From Candidatus Marinacidobacterales bacterium (GTDB lineage Bacteria; Acidobacteriota; Vicinamibacteria; Marinacidobacterales; DATDRI01), in NCBI GenBank assembly GCA_965226495.1, contig OZ245365.1:2144001-2208000 (forward strand): a stretch of 64,000 bases of DNA, in the 5' to 3' direction. The position numbers and the translations under genes were made by a program. The notes beneath the pieces are model-generated. The model saw nothing but the letters and a program-made list of their open reading frames with translations. It did not search any database and had not been told where the DNA came from. Positions 47,212 to 57,052 of this stretch are shown here, piece by piece. How positions within the stretch are numbered: position 1 is the stretch's first letter; each line of letters starts with the position of its first letter.

Positions 47212-47747
47212 AGAACCAACCTCGCAAGCTGTTCCGGGAGTCGCATGGGTTTTCCTCGTTGGTCGACGGCAGCATGGACGGTATTGCCAGTGGCGAGGAG
47301 CTCGTCTTCCTTATCTTCCTCACCTGGCTCACCTGGCTCTTCCTCACCTGGCTCACCTGGCTCACCTGGCTCACCTGGCTCACCTGGCTCACCTGGCTCA
47401 CCTGGCTCACCTGGCCCACCTGGCCCACCTCGGTCTACTCGACGGCCTTGACTGCCGATGCGGCGGACCTCGTACTCGAAAAGCAGGCGGGTACGTTTCG
47501 CCTGCGATACCTTGGTGAGGATCCGAAGCAGGTCGTCGTAGTGGGCCGGTTTGAGATAGCGACAGTGTGCTTCGACGACGGGAAGAAATACACCGTGGCT
47601 CTCGAGGTCTCGATAACTCACTCCGCTCTCGCGGAGAAGGTCCGATCGGCCCGCTTCGAACCAGTTGAGGTAGTGGGCGTAGTAGGCTACCCGCATCTGG
47701 TCGGTCTCGCCATATCGAACTCGGATTTCACAGGTTGCTTCTGCCAT
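47208..47747 (-). CDS. Hotdog-fold acyl-CoA thioesterase (YbgC/4HBT family) with a collagen-like insertion
   Basis: RVRYGETDQM..AYYAHYLNWFEAGR, PAHYDD, LLATG.TVHA..GKP.RLP; (PGE)n tract inserted between FEYEV and LLATG. Confidence 0.88.
   Translation of the reverse strand: MAEATCEIRVRYGETDQMRVAYYAHYLNWFEAGRSDLLRESGVSYRDLESHGVFLPVVEAHCRYLKPAHYDDLLRILTKVSQAKRTRLLFEYEVRRIGSQGRRVDRGGPGGPGEPGEPGEPGEPGEPGEPGEPGEEEPGEPGEEDKEDELLATGNTVHAAVDQRGKPMRLPEQLARLVL
47320..47430. repeat. 9-bp tandem microsatellite (TCACCTGGC)n
   Basis: Two units at 47320-47337, a 6-nt break, eight perfect units at 47344-47415, then variant CCACCTGGC and a partial unit. Confidence 0.95.
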
Positions 47748-47754
47748 GGCCGAA

Positions 47755-48426
47755 TCAAGCCCCTGTCGTGTCGGCCTGGAGCATTTCCTCGAGCATTGCT
47801 CGAAGATGCTCCGCCGGGTCGTCGGCGTTGAAGATCGCGGAGCCGGCGACGACGACATTTGCCCCTGCGGTTACCGCTTCTCGGACGTTGCCGATATTGA
47901 TGCCGCCGTCGATTTCGATCTCGACAGGAAGCGCGTCCCTCGAGACCATCATGCGCAATTGCTCGAGGCGAGCGAGACTGCCGGGAATGAAATCTTGGCC
48001 GGCGAAACCAGGGTAGACCGACATGACGATGACGTAATCGACGTTCGGTAGCAACTCCTCCATTGCGCGGATAGGTGTCGATGGGGCCAGCGCGACGCCG
48101 GCTTTCTTGCCGTTGTCACGGATGGCCTGGATCGTTCGGTCTAGATGGTGAAGCGTTTCCGGATGGACCGCGATCATGTCGGCGCCCGCATTACAGAAAG
48201 CATCGATCCACCGATCGGCGTTTTCGATCTGGAGGTGGACATCGAGCGGGAGTCGAGTGGTCCGTCGTATCGCTTCGACGACCAAAGGTCCAAAGGTTAA
48301 ATTCTCCACGAAGTGCCCGTCCATCACGTCGAGGTGAAGCTGTCTTGCTCCGGCCTGTTCGAGACCGGCGATTTGATCTCGTAACCGAGAGAAATCTGCG
48401 GAGAGAATAGATGGTGCCAGTCGCAT
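47755..48426 (-). CDS. rpe: Ribulose-phosphate 3-epimerase
   Basis: LAPSILSADF, HLDVMDGHFV.NLTFG, DVHL, MSVYPGFAGQ, IDGGI, VAGSAIF. Confidence 0.95.
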   Translation of the reverse strand: MRLAPSILSADFSRLRDQIAGLEQAGARQLHLDVMDGHFVENLTFGPLVVEAIRRTTRLPLDVHLQIENADRWIDAFCNAGADMIAVHPETLHHLDRTIQAIRDNGKKAGVALAPSTPIRAMEELLPNVDYVIVMSVYPGFAGQDFIPGSLARLEQLRMMVSRDALPVEIEIDGGINIGNVREAVTAGANVVVAGSAIFNADDPAEHLRAMLEEMLQADTTGA

Positions 48427-48482
48427 GGCCCCCCTGAATACATCGCTACCCGACGGGTGCCGGGTCTCGGACTGAGGCAATG

Positions 48483-49298
48483 TCAGGAGCCCTTGCTTAC
48501 GTACAGCACGATACGGTCTCGAGAGTGCACTTTCGTGCCCGCTCCGGGAGTTTGTCTGACGACCACACCCTTGCGTACTCCGGGGTAATCGACGTAGCGG
48601 ATACTGCCGATCCGAAGGCTGCCTCGTCGGACGCGATCCAAAATCGCAGAAAGCTCACGGCCGATAAAGTCCGGCATCACGTAAGAGGTGCCGCGGTACC
48701 CGCGGGACAAAAGAACGGAGACCTCGGTTGCGTCCCCTGCCTCGTCGTAGGCCGAAGGGTTCTGCGCGATCACCGTGTCGGTGCCGTACACGTCACTGTG
48801 AACTTTCACCACTCGCCCGAGGGCGAAGCCGTTCTGCTCGAGAAGAATCTGAGCCGATTGCAAGGACTCCCCCTCGACGCGCGGGACGATTCTCCGCTCC
48901 GGACCCAGACTGACCCAGACCTTGACGGTGCGACCCTTCTTGAGCTTGGTGCTCGGTGGCGGCAGTTGATGCACGATGAGGTCGGCAGGGAGATCAGGAT
49001 CGAAACGATTTCCGTCGTGTCTGAGGTTGAGCTCGGCTTGCGTCAATAGTGGGCCGGCATCCGAGAGCGCCGCGCCGATGAGGTTGGGAACCGTGATCTC
49101 GTTGCCGCGTACCGCGAACGTGAAAGTCGCGAAAGCGGAGACGAGTCCGCTTGCCACCAGAGCGGCGCCTATCAGAAGGTATTCGACCCACCGAACGACG
49201 GCGGCGCCGAAACGGTTCTTCGGCTTCCACGACAGCAGGGTGTTGGCGCGTCGCCCCCGCCGAACGTTTGGCCCGGGCGAGGCCGAATCCCTTACCAT
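48483..49298 (-). CDS. Membrane-anchored PASTA-domain protein (three PASTA repeats, no kinase domain)
   Basis: One TM helix, then VPNLIG...Q.P, VPRVEG...QNP, MPDFIG...QTP repeats, each ending in S.G. Confidence 0.85.
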   Translation of the reverse strand: MVRDSASPGPNVRRGRRANTLLSWKPKNRFGAAVVRWVEYLLIGAALVASGLVSAFATFTFAVRGNEITVPNLIGAALSDAGPLLTQAELNLRHDGNRFDPDLPADLIVHQLPPPSTKLKKGRTVKVWVSLGPERRIVPRVEGESLQSAQILLEQNGFALGRVVKVHSDVYGTDTVIAQNPSAYDEAGDATEVSVLLSRGYRGTSYVMPDFIGRELSAILDRVRRGSLRIGSIRYVDYPGVRKGVVVRQTPGAGTKVHSRDRIVLYVSKGS

Positions 49299-49444
49299 TC
49301 GCTCTCCACACTCTTTCCTCCACGTTCGTCCAAGACCCCTCCATTCTAACTTGACCCGCGTATTCCCTGAAAGTGCTTTGAAAACAAAGGCATCAGACGG
49401 GATTTACTGGATGGACCGGATATCGGCCTATTTGGCTTCCTAGC

Positions 49445-50800
49445 TCACTCCGTTTTTGTGAGAACAGTCGCGAAGTAGCCGTCCACGTCGTCTCTCCCCG
49501 GTTCTGTTCTCAACGCGAGGTCGGATCCAATCAAGTGGCGCGCCGCGGTGGGGAAGGTCGCCGGAGGTTTGGCAGCTCTGAAACCGGTGTGGGACGACAG
49601 AAAGCTCTCGATGACCTCTTCGTTCTCTTCGGGTTCGGTAGAGCACGTGGCGTAAACCAGCCTTCCTCCGGGGCTGAGTTGCGCAGCGCAGGAGTCGAGC
49701 AACTGACCTTGCGTCGCCGCGTGCGACCGGAGGTCCTTCTCCTGGAGGCGCCACTTGATGTCGGGATTGCGTGCCAAGGTACCGAGGCTCGAACAGGGGG
49801 CGTCGAGCAGAATGCGTTCGAAGGAATTGTGGAACGGCAAAAAACGGGAATCGGCGACGATCCCAACCAGGTTCGGCGAGCCCAAGCGTTTGGCGAGCGA
49901 TGTCAAGAGTCGCAAGCGAGCGGGGCGTCCGTCGACGGCAAACAGGAGACTTGGTCTCACCCAAGGAGCGACCTCGGTGGCTTTCGCGCCCGGAGCGGCG
50001 CAGGCGTCCAGGGTTCGGGCCCCGGGCTCGGCGCCAAGAAGATACGGGATGAGTTGAGAACCCGCCTCTTGAATGAAGACCGCCCCGCTCGAATAGAGTT
50101 TGCTCGCCGTTGCCTTGCCGGAGCTAACCCTGAGGCCGCGAGGTGCAATGGGGAAGCGAGAGGCAGAGATGTCTTCTTGACGGAGCGCCACTTGTGCCGT
50201 CTCGAGATCGAAGGGTGGCTCGACGCGCAGGTCGGTGGGCGGGCGACGGTTGTTGCGAAGACAGAGCGCCTCCGCTCGATCGAGCCCGAGGCGCGACAGG
50301 TAACGCTGAGCCAGCCACTGTGGATGAGACAAAGTGATAGTGAGATAGCGAAGTGCGTCGTCTTGTTTGCGCGGCAACTGCGGCTTGTCGCGCCCGCGGC
50401 ACAAACTCCGCAGCACCGCGTTTACCAGCTTCGAGCCTCCTCTTGCCCCGAACGCGTGCGCTAGCTTCACCGACTCGTCGACCGCGGCCCGCTCCGGCAC
50501 TCTGCTCAAATAACGAATCTGATAAAGGCCGATACGAAGCGCAATGAGTAGTGGACGATCGATGCTGGAGCTGGGCCGGCGTGCATGAAACTCGATGATG
50601 TGGTCGAGCAACGATTGCCAGCGGAGAACTCCGTAGACGATCTCCGTGAGCAGATCGTTGTCGGCCGGGCTTAGCGCTTGGGTGGGCCCTTCGTGCAGGA
50701 GGGCGCTCGGCGCGGCACGTTCCCGCGCGACTTCGTTCAAGATGGAAAAGGCCGCCGATCGGGCGGGTGACGGATTGGGTGACACTTTCTTTCTGTTCAT
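49445..50800 (-). CDS. rsmB: 16S rRNA m5C967 methyltransferase
   Basis: N-terminal NusB-like domain, SHPQWL, DACAAPGAK, LDAPCS, YATCS..PEENE. Confidence 0.92.
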   Translation of the reverse strand: MNRKKVSPNPSPARSAAFSILNEVARERAAPSALLHEGPTQALSPADNDLLTEIVYGVLRWQSLLDHIIEFHARRPSSSIDRPLLIALRIGLYQIRYLSRVPERAAVDESVKLAHAFGARGGSKLVNAVLRSLCRGRDKPQLPRKQDDALRYLTITLSHPQWLAQRYLSRLGLDRAEALCLRNNRRPPTDLRVEPPFDLETAQVALRQEDISASRFPIAPRGLRVSSGKATASKLYSSGAVFIQEAGSQLIPYLLGAEPGARTLDACAAPGAKATEVAPWVRPSLLFAVDGRPARLRLLTSLAKRLGSPNLVGIVADSRFLPFHNSFERILLDAPCSSLGTLARNPDIKWRLQEKDLRSHAATQGQLLDSCAAQLSPGGRLVYATCSTEPEENEEVIESFLSSHTGFRAAKPPATFPTAARHLIGSDLALRTEPGRDDVDGYFATVLTKTE

Positions 50801-50908
50801 GTGGCCGTCCGGGCGAGCTGCGGCGCGCTCAAGGCTCCAGAAGTCTATTCAAAGCTGGGCGCAGGTGCTAGCATATCGTTCCCCAGATCAATAAAGGAGG
50901 GTGAGGGG

Positions 50909-53419
50909 ATGCCGGAGCTGAGATCTTTCCCTGAAGTTCCCGTCGAGAAGCTGCGCTGGCGGTGTGATCCCGAGATCTTTCGCTTCCAGACGACCCGAGA
51001 CATACCCTGTGCCACCGATATCATCGGTCAGGAACGGGCCATCAAAGCCATCAAACTGGGACTATCCGTCCCCTCGCGTGGCTACAACATCTACGTCCAG
51101 GGACTAACCGGCACGGGCAAAGAAACGACGGTGGAGTGCATTCTCGAGCAAGTGGCGACGGATTCCAGGATTCCAGGGGACAAGTGCTACGTGCACAACT
51201 TCGACAACGGCGACCGGCCTTTGATCCTCTACCTCCCGGCCGGGAAGGGTGCCGCGTTCCGCAAGGACTTGGAATACCTAATCGAGTACTTGGACCGGAC
51301 CGTCCCGGCGGTGCTCGAGTCGGAAGAGTTCCAAACCCGGCGCAACCAAATGATGGAGAAGGAAGGCCAAAAGGGGCGGGAGCTCATTCGAGAGTTCGAA
51401 GAACGCATCAAGAAGGAGAACTTCGTCCTCGTCGAGATCCGGTTCGGACCCGTTACCAAGACGGAAATCGCTCCCTTGGTAGAAGAAAAGCCGCGATCCG
51501 CAGCCGAGCTCGAAAAGATGTTGGCGCAGGGGAGCCTGGCCCGAGATGAGTTCGAGCGCATCGAAAAAGCGCAAGACACGCTAGGAGAGGAACTGGAAGA
51601 CGTCCTGAAGCACGCGAGAGAGATCGAAAAACAAATTGGCGAAGCCTTCAAGGCGCTGATTTTTGGGTTCGGTGCCGAGCTGGTGACGCCTCGGATCGAG
51701 GAGTTGAAAGGGAAGTACGAGGGTAAGAAAGTTCATGCCTATTTGGAAAACGTGCGCCACCACCTGCTCGAGAACCTCGAGACTTTCGTCAAGCGTGACG
51801 ACGAGGAAGGAAACAAACAGCTTGGGTTGGTAACTTTATTGCAAGGACAGCGAGACCGTTATCTCGAGTATCGCGTCAATTTGTTGGTAGACAACTCCCT
51901 AACCCAGCGGGCTCCCATCGTGGTCGAGAACCACCCAACATACCGGAATCTTTTCGGTACCGTCGAGCGTAATTGGGATCGGTCGGGGCAATCGCAAACC
52001 GACTTCACGCGCATCAAAGCGGGGAGTCTTCTCTTGGCCGATGGTGGCTATTTGGTCATTTCGCTGCTCGATATGCTCTCAGAGCCGGGCGTTTACCAAT
52101 CGTTGAAGCGCACCCTCAAGCACGATCAGGTGGACATTCAGGGTTATGACCCGATGTTTTTCGCGGCGAGCGCGATGAAACCAGAGCCCATCGAGGTTGA
52201 CGTTAAGGTGGTGCTTCTGGGGGATGCGCATTCGTACCAGACCCTTTATTCCTTGGATCCAGACTTTCGCAAGATCTTCAAAGTGAAGGCCGACTTCGAT
52301 ACCGTCATGGAGCGTGACGGGGAGGCGGTGCAGCGCTACGCGGAGTTCGTGGCCCGGATCACCGCGAAGGAGGAGATTCTTCCCTTCGATCGCACCGCGG
52401 TGGCGGCGGTGGTGGAGCAGGGTGTACGGCTTGCCGGCCGCCAGAGCAAGTTGAGCACGCGGTTCAGTGATGTCGCCGACCTGATCCGCGAGTCCGCCTT
52501 TTGGGCTAGTGAGGCGGGGAGCGAAGTGGTTCGGCAACAGCACGTCGATCGCGCGGTAGAGGAGCGTATCGATCGTTTGAGTCTGATGGAGACGAAGATC
52601 CGCGAGCTGATCCGTGACCGGATACTCATGATCGATATTGACGGAGCCAGCGTCGGACAATTGAACGGACTGTCGGTTTATGACCTCGGTGACTACCGGT
52701 TCGGGACCCCCACTAAGATCACCGCCGCGGTGGCGACTGGCCGCGGGGGGATCATTAATATCGAGCGCGAGGCCGACCTGTCCGGCCGCACCCACAACAA
52801 GGGCATGCTCATCTTGTCCGGCTACTTCCGGGCCAAGTTCGCACACCGCCGCCCCCTTAGCCTTTCGGCGAGTGTGGCGTTCGAGCAAAGCTACAGCGGT
52901 GTGGATGGAGACAGTGCGTCTTCCACCGAGCTCTATGCCCTTCTTTCCGCGTTGTCCGAGATTCCGCTCCGTCAGGACCTCGCCGTCACGGGCTCGGTGA
53001 ACCAAAAGGGCGAGGTACAGGCTATTGGGGGCGTGAATCAGAAGGTGGAGGGTTTCTTCGACGTTTGTCGCATCAGCGGTCTTACCGGAAAGCAGGGGGT
53101 TCTCATTCCCGCCTCGAACGTCAACGATCTAATGCTGAGGAAGGACTTGGTAGAGGCCATCGAAGCTGGGAAGTTCCATGTCTACCCGGTTCGTACGATC
53201 GAGGAAGGGGTCGAGCTACTTACCGGAGTAGTAGCCGGGGAGCGAGACGAGAAAGGGGCGTTCCCGGACGATTCGATCTACGGGCGCGTCGAGTCCCGAC
53301 TGCGGGAAATGACCCGGGGGATTAAAGAGCTGCAGTCAAAGGGGCGTGACGAAGAGGCGAGTAAGGACGGCGAGAACGGCGACGAAGCGAAGGACGGGAA
53401 GGCGAAGGACGACTCCTAG
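50909..53419 (+). CDS. Lon-family AAA protease (LonC/LonB-like)
   Basis: IIGQERA, GLTGTGKET, LFG..E, IKAGSL, KIFKVKADF, FEQSY.GVDGDSAS (Ser), GGVNQKVEGF (Lys); ATG 50909 with GGAGG upstream. Confidence 0.9.
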   Translation: MPELRSFPEVPVEKLRWRCDPEIFRFQTTRDIPCATDIIGQERAIKAIKLGLSVPSRGYNIYVQGLTGTGKETTVECILEQVATDSRIPGDKCYVHNFDNGDRPLILYLPAGKGAAFRKDLEYLIEYLDRTVPAVLESEEFQTRRNQMMEKEGQKGRELIREFEERIKKENFVLVEIRFGPVTKTEIAPLVEEKPRSAAELEKMLAQGSLARDEFERIEKAQDTLGEELEDVLKHAREIEKQIGEAFKALIFGFGAELVTPRIEELKGKYEGKKVHAYLENVRHHLLENLETFVKRDDEEGNKQLGLVTLLQGQRDRYLEYRVNLLVDNSLTQRAPIVVENHPTYRNLFGTVERNWDRSGQSQTDFTRIKAGSLLLADGGYLVISLLDMLSEPGVYQSLKRTLKHDQVDIQGYDPMFFAASAMKPEPIEVDVKVVLLGDAHSYQTLYSLDPDFRKIFKVKADFDTVMERDGEAVQRYAEFVARITAKEEILPFDRTAVAAVVEQGVRLAGRQSKLSTRFSDVADLIRESAFWASEAGSEVVRQQHVDRAVEERIDRLSLMETKIRELIRDRILMIDIDGASVGQLNGLSVYDLGDYRFGTPTKITAAVATGRGGIINIEREADLSGRTHNKGMLILSGYFRAKFAHRRPLSLSASVAFEQSYSGVDGDSASSTELYALLSALSEIPLRQDLAVTGSVNQKGEVQAIGGVNQKVEGFFDVCRISGLTGKQGVLIPASNVNDLMLRKDLVEAIEAGKFHVYPVRTIEEGVELLTGVVAGERDEKGAFPDDSIYGRVESRLREMTRGIKELQSKGRDEEASKDGENGDEAKDGKAKDDS

Positions 53420-53445
53420 GCACTTCGAGCCCACCTGCACTCACG

Positions 53446-54174
53446 ATGAAAAGGAACGCGTCCCAAGCCCTCCTCGCTGTTTTGCTGCTCTCTTTTGTCG
53501 CTCTAGAGTTTCTCTATCCTTCAGGCCCCGAGATTGCCGGGGAATCGTTTCGCCCCGACAGACGCAAGTACGAAACGGTGCGGGATTCATTTCCCGAGAA
53601 GACCATCGAATACTTCCTGGATGTGGGCTTCCGCCCAGAAAAAGGCAACCGTTCCCACATCCGTAAATGGAATGAGTCGCTTCGCGTCAGGGCGTTCGGC
53701 AGGCCGAGCGGGGACGACCGTAAAGCGTTGCGTCGAGCCGTTGACGAGTTGAGCCCCCTCATCGCCCCCCTGGAGATGACATCCACCGAGCGAGACCCTA
53801 ACGTCGAAGTTTATTTCTCGCGCGCCGCGGAGCTACCGAAGTACGAGCCCAACTATGAACCCGGGAGCCAGGGAACGTACTGGTGCTGGTGGTCCAGTGT
53901 TGGTGCGATCAATCGATGCCGCATCGTGATCGCGACCGATCTCACCTCTGAATCCGAACGCCACCGCGCCCTTAAGACCTTCTTACTTGGCGCGCTCGGG
54001 TTCATGGGCTCGCGGCCGGAGAGAGGGGAGGACAGCCTCCTCGACATTGCGCGTGAACCTGGACCACACGAATACTCCTCTCTCGACCGGGATCTCGTTC
54101 GGCTCCTTTATCGCGACGAAATTTATCCGGGGATGAGCCTTCGGACAGCGCGGTCGGTGTTGATCGCACCCTAG
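53446..54174 (+). CDS. DUF2927-like exported protein
   Basis: Signal/TM anchor; IRKW, N.EVYF, LGALG, DS, S.LD..L..LLY..I.PGM pattern. Confidence 0.55.
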   Translation: MKRNASQALLAVLLLSFVALEFLYPSGPEIAGESFRPDRRKYETVRDSFPEKTIEYFLDVGFRPEKGNRSHIRKWNESLRVRAFGRPSGDDRKALRRAVDELSPLIAPLEMTSTERDPNVEVYFSRAAELPKYEPNYEPGSQGTYWCWWSSVGAINRCRIVIATDLTSESERHRALKTFLLGALGFMGSRPERGEDSLLDIAREPGPHEYSSLDRDLVRLLYRDEIYPGMSLRTARSVLIAP

Positions 54175-54182
54175 GCTGCAAC

Positions 54183-55703
54183 GTGTCGAGAGCCGTACTT
54201 TCCTTGATCGTTTTTGCGACCGGCGCCGCGATACTCGCGCTGGAGATTCTCGCTAGCCGTTACATGCTTCCGGTGTTTGGGACCAGCATTTTCATCTGGG
54301 GGGCGATCCTTTCGGTCACTCTCATCAGCCTCGCGGTCGGGTACCGATGGGGAGGCGTGCTGGGTGACCTATTGCCGCAACCGCACCTTCGATTGGTGCG
54401 GCATATTCTTATCGCGGCCGGGTGGATCGCGGCTCTTCCGGTTTGGGGCACCTTGTTTCTACGCTTGGGGCTTTCGACGGGTGCCCTGTTTGGCCCCATC
54501 GTCGTTGCCACGGTGCTCTTTGCGTTCCCCCTGACACTCCTCGCCACCAGCGTTCCACTTGCTTTCGGCAGTGCGCTCCAAGATGGAGAGCCCGGTCCTG
54601 GCAAAATGCTCGGTTCTCTTTTCGCGATAAGCACCGCCGGCTCGGTTCTCGGCGCACTGCTCACCGCCTACATCGCCGTACCTTTCATTGGTATGAACCG
54701 GGCCTTCCTCCTGATCGCGGCTTTGCTTTTCGTGATTGTGGCGCCGTCTGTTTTTCGCGGTACAGGGATCAAAGCTGCGATTCTGATCATTTCCGGCTTG
54801 GTTGGAAGCAAGCTCATCCCTCCGACCGCTCGCGGCGTTCTCGAACACAAAGCAGGGGTCCATCACCTTTATCGTGCCGATACTCGTTATGCGCAGGTTG
54901 ACGTATTGGAAGACGAGCGAGACGGCTCGCGAGTGCTTTTGTTGGATGGGGCGAGTCAGAACTGGGTGGCAGGCCGTAATTGGTCGGAGAGCCAGTTCGA
55001 CTACATCCCCGCGCTGCTGCATAACGTGGCGCGTTTCCGGCCCCCGCCGGGACGCGCGCTTGTTCTCGGGCTTGGTGCCGGAACCCTGGTGCGAGACCTC
55101 GATCGACTCGGATACCAGGTGGAAGCCGTAGAGATCGATCCGCTGGTGTATGAAGTCGCCCGGACCTATTTCTCTTTCCCCTCTGAGACGGCCACCTTGC
55201 ATTTCGCCGACGCCAGAGCCTTCCTCGAGCGAACGAGCGAGGCGGGAAAGACGTTCGACGTCATCATCGTGGATGTCACCGGCGGCGGGCATCATCCCGA
55301 ACACATTTACAATCGCGACGCCTACCTTTTGATCGAACGACTACTCGCGGACGATGGAGTTATGGGGGCCAACATGGTCGTCTTCACGCATGCGCCGTTG
55401 GATCGCGCCGCAAGATATTCCGTAGCGACCCTCGCCAGCGTCTTTCCCATCGTCGAGGCTGTCGACCTGCACCCGAATGCGGGGGAAACCGACGATCTTT
55501 CGCAATTGCTCTTGTTCGGGGCTTTTCGGGGACCTCTCGAGCCTTTCGACGAGGAGCGAGGGCAACGTCTGCTCCCGATCGAACAAGATCTCCGCCCCAT
55601 CACCGACGACTGGAATCCGCTTCCATTGTGGTCGATTCGTGCGAATGCGCGCTGGCACCACAACGTACGGGAGTGGTTGGGCGAGGCTTCCTACCTGCCG
55701 TAA
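54183..55703 (+). CDS. Fused MFS-like membrane domain / spermidine-synthase-like SAM methyltransferase
   Basis: LEILASR...FGTSIFIW, STAGSVLG; C-terminal LVLGLGAG, VEIDP, DARAFL, DVIIVD, PITDDWNP. Confidence 0.88.
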   Translation: MSRAVLSLIVFATGAAILALEILASRYMLPVFGTSIFIWGAILSVTLISLAVGYRWGGVLGDLLPQPHLRLVRHILIAAGWIAALPVWGTLFLRLGLSTGALFGPIVVATVLFAFPLTLLATSVPLAFGSALQDGEPGPGKMLGSLFAISTAGSVLGALLTAYIAVPFIGMNRAFLLIAALLFVIVAPSVFRGTGIKAAILIISGLVGSKLIPPTARGVLEHKAGVHHLYRADTRYAQVDVLEDERDGSRVLLLDGASQNWVAGRNWSESQFDYIPALLHNVARFRPPPGRALVLGLGAGTLVRDLDRLGYQVEAVEIDPLVYEVARTYFSFPSETATLHFADARAFLERTSEAGKTFDVIIVDVTGGGHHPEHIYNRDAYLLIERLLADDGVMGANMVVFTHAPLDRAARYSVATLASVFPIVEAVDLHPNAGETDDLSQLLLFGAFRGPLEPFDEERGQRLLPIEQDLRPITDDWNPLPLWSIRANARWHHNVREWLGEASYLP

Positions 55704-55940
55704 GAATTGATCTCCCGCTTCAGATCGCGGCAAGGGACGACGACTCTCCGTTGCGACGCTTCCGTGACGATTCTTGAGAAAGGGTCGTCCAGTGTGATAC
55801 ACGGTTGTCATTAAAGCTGCATCCTTTGGCTAGCCGCACATGATCCGCCGGCGCCAGGCAGAGCGTCCGCATACTCCAAACGATGGCGTAACAAGCCAGC
55901 GTTTCGACGTTACTTGGATCGTGTCCCGAAACGCGGAACA

Positions 55941-56852
55941 TCATCTAGCCTGAATCATCTTCAGCACGGCAAGAAAGAGCACGCTGTCCTGGTCTCCAAG
56001 AGACAAGGCAGTCTGGTCGTGATTTTCGTCTTCTAAAACGACGAGCTCCGCTTTGACACCCCTGGCTTTCATATTGTCGACGAGCTCCCGCGATGTGGCT
56101 TCGAAGGGCTCCAGGGAACCGAAGGCAACAACGGCTCGAGGAACCGGGTTGTCCACGTTTAGGATCGGGCTTGCCTCGGCTCGAAGCTCCGGGTCGGGTA
56201 CGTAGCCATCGATCTCACCGGACCGCCGAACAGCGCGCAGGTCGTAGGGACCGCTGACCGGGGCGACACCTTTGATGAGTCCTTTGGGTAGGCCCATTTT
56301 CTCTCGCCATGTGCCCCTCACCCCGACGTACGCAGAAAGAATCGCTCCCGCCGAGTGCCCACCGACATAGACAAGGTCTGGATCGCCCCCATACTTTTGA
56401 ATGTTCTGGTGAATCCAGCGAACCGCGGCCGCGACATCCTCCGGTTGATCCGGGAAGTGAAATCCCTGACCAGTGAGCCGATAGCTGGCTACCGCAGTAA
56501 TGATGCCGTTTGCGGCGAACGGCGTGGCGATATAGCCGTAGTGAGCGCGATCCCCTTCACGCATGCCGCCTCCGTGCAGGAACAAAAACGTAGGAGCGCC
56601 CTCCGGCTTTTCCTTGGGCAAGTAGAGATCCAGTTTCTGTTTTGGATCGTCGCCGTAGGGTAAGTCCAGATGGTGGGGCAGCTCCTTCCGTGCCTTGGCC
56701 GTACGCTCATCACACGTTTCATAAAAACCGACCCAGTCCATGCTGAACTCGTCAGCATGTTGGATGGTGTAATATTTCGACTTGTCCTGGCCCGCGGACG
56801 GAGAGGAAATTAGGACACCGAGGAATAGGAGGCCCATCATTTTCTTGCTCAT
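55941..56852 (-). CDS. Exported alpha/beta hydrolase (HSL/arylformamidase-like)
   Basis: Signal peptide; LDLY, HGGG, GHSAG nucleophile, ASP, catalytic His in ENHD. Confidence 0.87.
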   Translation of the reverse strand: MSKKMMGLLFLGVLISSPSAGQDKSKYYTIQHADEFSMDWVGFYETCDERTAKARKELPHHLDLPYGDDPKQKLDLYLPKEKPEGAPTFLFLHGGGMREGDRAHYGYIATPFAANGIITAVASYRLTGQGFHFPDQPEDVAAAVRWIHQNIQKYGGDPDLVYVGGHSAGAILSAYVGVRGTWREKMGLPKGLIKGVAPVSGPYDLRAVRRSGEIDGYVPDPELRAEASPILNVDNPVPRAVVAFGSLEPFEATSRELVDNMKARGVKAELVVLEDENHDQTALSLGDQDSVLFLAVLKMIQAR

Positions 56853-57052
56853 GGTCCGACTCCTTTGAAAGTCATAGCCGCCGCCCATCAATGCAGCCCT
56901 ACTTACAACCTTTTGTTGTTCTAATCAAACCCTCTATTTGGCGGTGCGGTGAAGCAGGACAAGTTTTCAGACGAGGTCTCGCTCTTTCACGGTAGCAGCC
57001 GAAAAGCCCCTTTGAGTTTCGCAACGGACGGGACCGCGTTCTATAGTAGGTT

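Noticed and set aside
46946-47831. ORFs with (QVS)n, (HLA)n, (SPG)n or (TWL)n repeats
   Set aside because: Alternative frames of the same 9-bp microsatellite; only the thioesterase frame has family motifs on both sides.
55704-55940. Small ORF or ncRNA between the convergent spermidine synthase and esterase genes
   Set aside because: No SD sequence, motif or convincing structure visible.
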